Below are positions 59,138 through 64,000 of a stretch of DNA of 64,000 nucleotides, piece after piece. The DNA lies in sequence record MK250017.1. The stretch is one strand, 5' to 3'. The number at the start of each line of letters is the position of its first letter. Position 1 is the first letter of the stretch. A program made the position numbers and the translations under genes. The notes under the pieces were generated by a model. It saw only the letters and a program-made list of their open reading frames with translations, ran no database searches and had not been told where the DNA came from.

Positions 59138-59390
59138 TTAAATAACACCAATTTTGAATTATATATTTAACTTTTGATTGTCATGGATATGAACTTCCAT
59201 CTATAGATCTTGCATGAATATATCCGTCATTATATACAGTACAATTTTCACCATCCATTTTAACAGTAACTACAACTTCTTTAAACTTATTAAAATGCTC
59301 ATCAGATTTAAGTTTCTTATCATCATCTGTCGCATTAGGTGAGCATGGAAGATGAAATGTACGCGGATATTTTATATAAGTATTATCCAT
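59138..59390 (-). pseudogene. Split RNA ligase, piece 1 (N-terminal), TGA at codon 70
   Basis: KYPRTFHLP.S...TDDDK...VTVKMDGEN (motif I)...HARSIDG. The frame continues past TGA as QSKVKYIIQNWCYL up to the element A border. Confidence 0.88.
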
Positions 59391-59392
59391 AA

Positions 59393-59596
59393 TTAATTAA
59401 ATATAACTTCACACATATCAACATTTACAATTGAATCATCATCTTCAAAAATAAATGCATCTTTATATGTAGGATCATTTTCATTTTTAATTATACCTAT
59501 AGCTTTATTTACTTTCTTACAAGATTTAAATGGTTTTCCAGATTTCTTTTTTACTTTAAAAGGAAATTCTAAAAGTACACTACTATTTGTTGCCAT
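59393..59596 (-). CDS. Hypothetical protein, 67 aa
   Basis: ATG..TAA, TAnnTTTG promoter 44 nt upstream, probably co-transcribed with the split ligase. Confidence 0.7.
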   Translation of the reverse strand: MATNSSVLLEFPFKVKKKSGKPFKSCKKVNKAIGIIKNENDPTYKDAFIFEDDDSIVNVDMCEVIFN

Positions 59597-59638
59597 ATTT
59601 TATAAAAATTAAAAATGTATCTTCATATTAATTATTAT

Positions 59639-59649
59639 ACAAAGATACA
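59639..59649 (-). promoter_or_regulatory. Bacteroidota-type -7 element, copy 4
   Basis: TGTATCTTTGT on the minus strand. Confidence 0.7.
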
Positions 59650-59671
59650 TAAAAATATTTTTATATGAAAA

Positions 59672-60646
59672 TTATTGATGTAAAATAATTTGCAATTTAA
59701 ATACAAGTCCTAATAATGTCACAAACTTATCAATAGATGTTGCAAGCATAGAATTATATTCTGCTGTTGCAATAAGAATAAGTGGAAGTTTATTTCCAAA
59801 TTGTGGACATGTTGTTAAAATAAAATCAGGAAAATCTTTACCGATTGCAAGAACTGCATCATCTGCACGTGTAGACCAATCAGCAACAAGTTTCTTATAA
59901 TTATTTACAGGATCTGGTTTATCTATAATAAGTTTAAAAAGATCTGAACAATCATATGTATTTGATAACATATCAGCTGATAATTCTTTTGCCCCTCTTG
60001 TATAAAGATTCTGAATCTTATTTAAAAGTGAACGCATATCAGGAAATGAACTTCTAACAAATGATGTTACTGTTTCATCTGTATATTGAATATTAAATTT
60101 TGTTAATATATATTTAATACGCTCAAGATAACCATTAAACAAATAAGTTTCTTCTTCTTTAGTAACAGGATCTATTGCTACAAGATTAAATCTAGATTGA
60201 ATAGGTTCTGGTACTTTATCAATATAATTACAGTTTGCAATAAATCTTACAGTTTTATGATATTTCTCAATAGTAGCACGAAGAGCTTTCCATGCTTCAA
60301 GTGAAAGTCCGTCACACTCTTCAAGAACAATAACCTTTAATTTTTCTTCACCAGAAAACAATGAAGATTGTGAAGCAAATGCGATAACTTTATCTCTAAT
60401 TGTATCAATACCATTTTCAAGTGATGCATTAATTTCCAAAACTGTATAACCCTTTGATAATATGCGAGTTAATGTTGACTTACCAGCACCAGGAGATCCA
60501 GCAAATAAAATATTATTTGTTAATCCATGTTGAAGGACTTCTCTAATTCGTGGTACAATAATTGCTTGATCCAATGTTTGTGGTCGTAACATTTCAGTAA
60601 ACAACTTCTGTGTTACATGAGTCTGTGTTGTATTATTATTTTCCAT
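59672..60646 (-). CDS. Sliding-clamp loader AAA+ subunit (T4 gp44 / RFC-small-like), 324 aa
   Basis: RPQTLD, GSPGAGKST, INAS.E.GIDTIR, VLEECD, FIANCN, IQSRF. No TAG. Confidence 0.92.
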   Translation of the reverse strand: MENNNTTQTHVTQKLFTEMLRPQTLDQAIIVPRIREVLQHGLTNNILFAGSPGAGKSTLTRILSKGYTVLEINASLENGIDTIRDKVIAFASQSSLFSGEEKLKVIVLEECDGLSLEAWKALRATIEKYHKTVRFIANCNYIDKVPEPIQSRFNLVAIDPVTKEEETYLFNGYLERIKYILTKFNIQYTDETVTSFVRSSFPDMRSLLNKIQNLYTRGAKELSADMLSNTYDCSDLFKLIIDKPDPVNNYKKLVADWSTRADDAVLAIGKDFPDFILTTCPQFGNKLPLILIATAEYNSMLATSIDKFVTLLGLVFKLQIILHQ

Positions 60647-60680
60647 ATATTATAGTAATTAAAATATACCTTATTTAAAT

Positions 60681-60709
60681 TTTATACTATAAAAATATAA
60701 AAATGTCTT
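60681..60709 (-). promoter_or_regulatory. AAGACA-N17-TATAAA promoter
   Basis: Same class as the others, upstream of the clamp loader. Confidence 0.55.
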
Positions 60710-60824
60710 AATCAATTTATATATGTATTACTATATAAAAATAGAGAATTATATAATATTACTACTATATAATTCTCTCTTAAATTAAAATATATATTTA
60801 TGAAATTATGGAATTTTGTAAAAA

Positions 60825-61646
60825 TTACTTTTCACCAAGAGCTTTCTTTACCTCTGGATCTTCATCTGCTGCTGAAGCGGTAATAGCTTCATGGAATTCA
60901 ATAAATTCTTCAATATCAGAAATCTTCAAATTCATCTTCAAACCAGCATATGCAAGATTTACACGTTCCTTCAAAATAGTCAACTTCTTATCAATATTAG
61001 AAAGTTGCTTTACTTCAAGATTAATCTTCTCAAGAATACCACTATAAGTTACAGGAATATCTTCCTCAAATGCCTTTCCTGTTTCCTCATTATAATTCTC
61101 AAACTTCGCCATCTTTCTTGCGGTTTCAATTCCTGTACCCTTAGGATCACCCATACTCTGATACAAGAAAATCAATGTAGAATAATCGATTTCAAAATCT
61201 TTATCTTTATCAGCTTCAAGTTCTGTAATAATCTTATTAATTACCTTATCAAACTGAATCAAACCACGCCATGATCCTTTTTCCCATGTATTAAACTCTG
61301 CATTCCAATTCTTAAGGAATGTTGCAGTTGTTAATGCAAGTCCATCATCATGTGTTGCAATCAAATACTTCTTATTTTTATTCTCTTCAAGGCATGTTTC
61401 AAAATCTTTCTTTGCTGCTGCAATATCATCATCAGTTGCATTTACTGGATCAATTTCTGCCCATTTAGAAAATTTCTTATTAAATTCTGCACGAACAGTT
61501 GCACGTGCATATTCTTTCTGTTCTTCTGACATCTCAGGAATACCAGCCTTTGTAAGTTCATCTTCCTGCTTTACTGGAAGTTTCTTTGTATCTTTAACTT
61601 CATCAAGCTTTGCTCCCTATTCAACTGTAATCTTTTTCTTTGCCAT
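60825..61646 (-). CDS. Hypothetical acidic protein, 273 aa, one TAG at codon 10
   Basis: MAKKKITVEQGAKLDEV... extends the track ORF upstream through one TAG. Confidence 0.8.
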
Positions 61647-61683
61647 TTTTGACTTAATTTACATGATTTTTTTATTATTAAAT

Positions 61684-61712
61684 ATTATATTACATAATAA
61701 TTTAATAGTCTA
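61684..61712 (-). promoter_or_regulatory. TAGACT-N17-TATAAT promoter
   Basis: Begins 4 nt after the tnpB stop and faces the 273-aa gene. Confidence 0.65.
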
Positions 61713-61715
61713 AAA

Positions 61716-62921
61716 TTAGTTAAAATTTTTTTTAACTGGATTCATCACTAACCCTCTATTTGTTGGAGATATAATCTCTTCACAAACTACATTTAAATAT
61801 TTTCTAAGTATATTTAAACTTCCATTTATATCTGCATTAATTAATATATTATTAGTTACATATAATCCTCTCTTTATACGTTTTCCTGAAAAATTATAAT
61901 GTTTATAATCTGAATTACATACTGGTATATAATCATTATCAAAAAATGATGCTTTACTTGTATATGATTCTTCTTGTAAAATAACATTAATTCCTTGTAA
62001 TTTACATTTATATTTTAACATATTAATTAGTATTTCAAAAGGAATAGATACAAAATTTTGATTATTTTTATTACCTAATTTAGTCTCTTGTTTCCAACCA
62101 TTATTTTTACCTATAATTAATGTATTAATGGATTGTTCAACTAATTGATTAACTATATATTTAGATACTTTATGAAAATAATCTTTAATTTTATTATTTC
62201 TCTTTAATGATAATCTATATAATCTATTTGACTAGTTCTTATGATTTTTTAATTTTAATTCTGATTGAAATTTTGATTTTTGCTTATTATAAAATTGATT
62301 TATAGATTTAATAGGTTTTCCATTTATAATAAATGATTTAGTTACATTAGAAATACAAGTGCATAAATTATCTATACCCAAATCTATAGACATATACCTA
62401 TGATTATCAGATTTTATATTTTTTTCTTTTATTTCATAAATTACTTCAAGTAAAATATAATTATTACGAGGTACAATACGTACTTGATTAATATTATTAT
62501 GTTGTATTTTAAATTGTATATTAGATTTTGGTAATTTGAGTATATATTGTTTTAATAAATTAGGAGATAATGTCATATGATTATAAATAACAACCTATCT
62601 ACCTTTTGTTTTATCAAGATAATTTGGGATTTTCGCATTTACTTTTTTATATGAATTAAAAAATGATTTATAATTCCAATAACATAATCTTATTATTTGC
62701 TAAGATGTATTAGCTGGTAATGACCTATAATCTATTTGATTTTCATTTTGAAATTCTTTACATAACTTATAATAATTTTTAAATGATTTATCTTTAAAGA
62801 ACTATATACGTATTCTATATAATGCTTGATTATATAAATTTTTTGATAAAAAACATAAATTATCAAGTTCATTATATCTTTTATCATTCTTTTTTATTAT
62901 ATGACGTTCTACTAATTTCAT
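61716..62921 (-). CDS. tnpB: TnpB nuclease (IS200/605-related, no Zn finger, EESYTSK type), 401 aa, TAG=Gln
   Basis: MKLVERHII...SKNLYNQALY...NTSQQII, MSIDLGIDNL (D), IIGKNNGWKQ, QEESYTSKASFFD, INADINGSLNI (D). Four TAG. No tnpA nearby. Confidence 0.88.
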
Positions 62922-62925
62922 ATAT

Positions 62926-62954
62926 ATTATATGATATAATATTAAAATAGTCTA
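62926..62954 (-). promoter_or_regulatory. TAGACT-N17-TATAAT promoter of the third tnpB
   Basis: TAGACT 62954-62949, TATAAT 62931-62926. Confidence 0.6.
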
Positions 62955-62979
62955 AAAATAAAAGGTAAAGAAATAAAAA

Positions 62980-63189
62980 TTATCTCTTTACCTTTACAAA
63001 CTTACCTATTTTATTTTTACTACAGTCTGAACAACTTATAATCATATCCTGATTCTTATCAAACTGCTTATCAAAATTTTTTATCTATTTTGCAAAACTA
63101 TACATAGTTCCATAATATTCTATATTCTATGAACCATGTCCCTATGTCCACATTCCTTTTAAAAAATAAATGTTTCTGTATTTCTTCAT
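62980..63189 (-). CDS. Hypothetical protein, 69 aa, TAG=Gln
   Basis: ATG 63189 to TAA 62980 with 3 TAG. Not in the track. Confidence 0.55.
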
Positions 63190-63193
63190 ATTT

Positions 63194-63688
63194 TTAGAGT
63201 AACAAAATTGCCAATAATATTGCACCACTTCCGACTAATGTAGTTACAATACTATTAACAATATAAATTTTCTTTTTTGATTTCAATACAGGTTGATAAT
63301 TCCATATAGCCAAATATCTACAACTAAAAGGTTTCCCACTTGATGGATCTTCAACATGGTAAAATTCTGGTATTGTAACATTATCACCAAGTTTTAAATC
63401 TTCACGAAGATATTTAGAGACAAAATATGACATTTCATTTAATTTATCCATAATTTGCCATTGCTGCCCTTTTAACTGATATTCTTCGGGTATATCAATT
63501 ACTTGTACAACCTCATAAAAATTATTTGTTGCTCGTAAATTACTCTGATTAAAAAAACTATTTCTATCATTTGTTTCACTTTGAATTATTTTATGAAATG
63601 CTTTTTTAATCAATTTATCAGTAGAAGATTGATGGTAATCATCTAAAAATGAATTCCACCAATCTTTTATATTTTCAAATAGTTTCAT
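63194..63688 (-). CDS. Hypothetical protein with C-terminal transmembrane anchor, 164 aa
   Basis: Ends IYIVNSIVTTLVGSGAILLAILLL-TAA. Confidence 0.75.
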   Translation of the reverse strand: MKLFENIKDWWNSFLDDYHQSSTDKLIKKAFHKIIQSETNDRNSFFNQSNLRATNNFYEVVQVIDIPEEYQLKGQQWQIMDKLNEMSYFVSKYLREDLKLGDNVTIPEFYHVEDPSSGKPFSCRYLAIWNYQPVLKSKKKIYIVNSIVTTLVGSGAILLAILLL

Positions 63689-63698
63689 AATGTCTATC

Positions 63699-64000
63699 TT
63701 ACATCATTTTTGCAGCCTCATCACCAGAAGCTTCAAGATACATCTCATAAAGACCCTTATGTTTTGTCTTCATAATAGTCTCAAGAGTTTCCTTACCCTT
63801 ATACAAATAATTCTTAACAGTTGATTCATTCATATTAAGCTGATCTGCAATTTCTCTGATCTTCATATCATCAACCAACTTCATTCTAAGAACCTTTGCA
63901 TAGTTTCCACCAAGTTTTTCAATTTCATTGATAGATGTATCATACATCTTTACAACAAGATCATCAGCTGAATTCGCAACCAAATCACCTTTCTCTACTG
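63699..64000 (-). CDS. RNA polymerase sigma factor, C-terminal region 4 (5' part outside the window)
   Basis: YAKVLRMKLVDDMKIREIADQLNMNESTVKNYLYKGKETL is a sigma-70/ECF region 4 HTH. The frame stays open to the window edge. Confidence 0.75.
   Translation of the reverse strand, partial: VEKGDLVANSADDLVVKMYDTSINEIEKLGGNYAKVLRMKLVDDMKIREIADQLNMNESTVKNYLYKGKETLETIMKTKHKGLYEMYLEASGDEAAKMM

Noticed and set aside
3272-59183. TGA reassignment to Trp
   Set aside because: TGA ends several genes at sensible positions, including an ATGA overlap at 38896. Only one internal TGA was seen, in the disrupted ligase.
3966-61274. Other short antisense or off-frame track ORFs (3966, 4991, 9383, 9481, 11101, 11473, 21963, 22634, 27135, 33823, 36628, 38523, 38898, 40344, 41597, 42200, 42834, 43706, 43988, 45477, 46991, 51938, 55621, 58691, 60808, 60891)
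   Set aside because: They overlap better-supported genes and show no motifs.
56116-62921. The TnpB-like proteins as type V CRISPR effectors (Cas12f-like)
   Set aside because: No adjacent repeat-spacer array, and the context is that of insertion elements.

Overview
A 64-kb segment of a strongly AT-rich, T4-like (contractile-tail) jumbo/megaphage genome. A Bacteroidota host is likely: there are four TAnnTTTG promoters and a Bacteroidota-type histone-H1-like gene. Overall it resembles Prevotella-infecting Lak megaphages, but no database search was possible. The supplied ORF track is misleading because the phage reads TAG as glutamine (genetic code 15). With TAG=Gln, dozens of fragments merge into single TAA/TGA-terminated genes of up to 2,499 aa, and every gene end I checked is TAA or TGA. 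Contents in order: (1-12.3 kb, minus) dnaJ, dnaK, small TAG-free hypothetical genes, a TAG-rich PD-(D/E)XK endonuclease and an Rnl2-type RNA ligase; (12.4-16.6 kb) a tail-tube-fold gene and a UvsW-like helicase; (17.2-34.9 kb, plus) six large TAG-rich virion-type genes; (35-42 kb, minus) a SLOG protein, a gp2-like end protector, two large unknowns and a RuvC-like resolvase; (42.4-52.6 kb, plus) tail fibre and gp6/gp25/gp7-like baseplate genes; (52.6-64 kb, minus) a HEXXH protein, a PTH2-like protein, a tRNA with a UUA (ochre) anticodon plus a tRNA-like neighbour, an H1-like protein, a second RNA ligase gene cut into three pieces by two transposase-less TnpB elements, a clamp loader, a third TnpB and the C-terminus of a sigma factor. 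The most notable observations are the doubly TnpB-interrupted ligase, whose frame is restored exactly by removing both inserts, the UUA-anticodon tRNA in a genome that stops mainly with UAA, and mobile nucleases that themselves depend on the recoded genetic code. All coordinates and translations were done by hand; family calls rest on recognised motifs. There are two N-gaps (10285-10305, 16912-16942).
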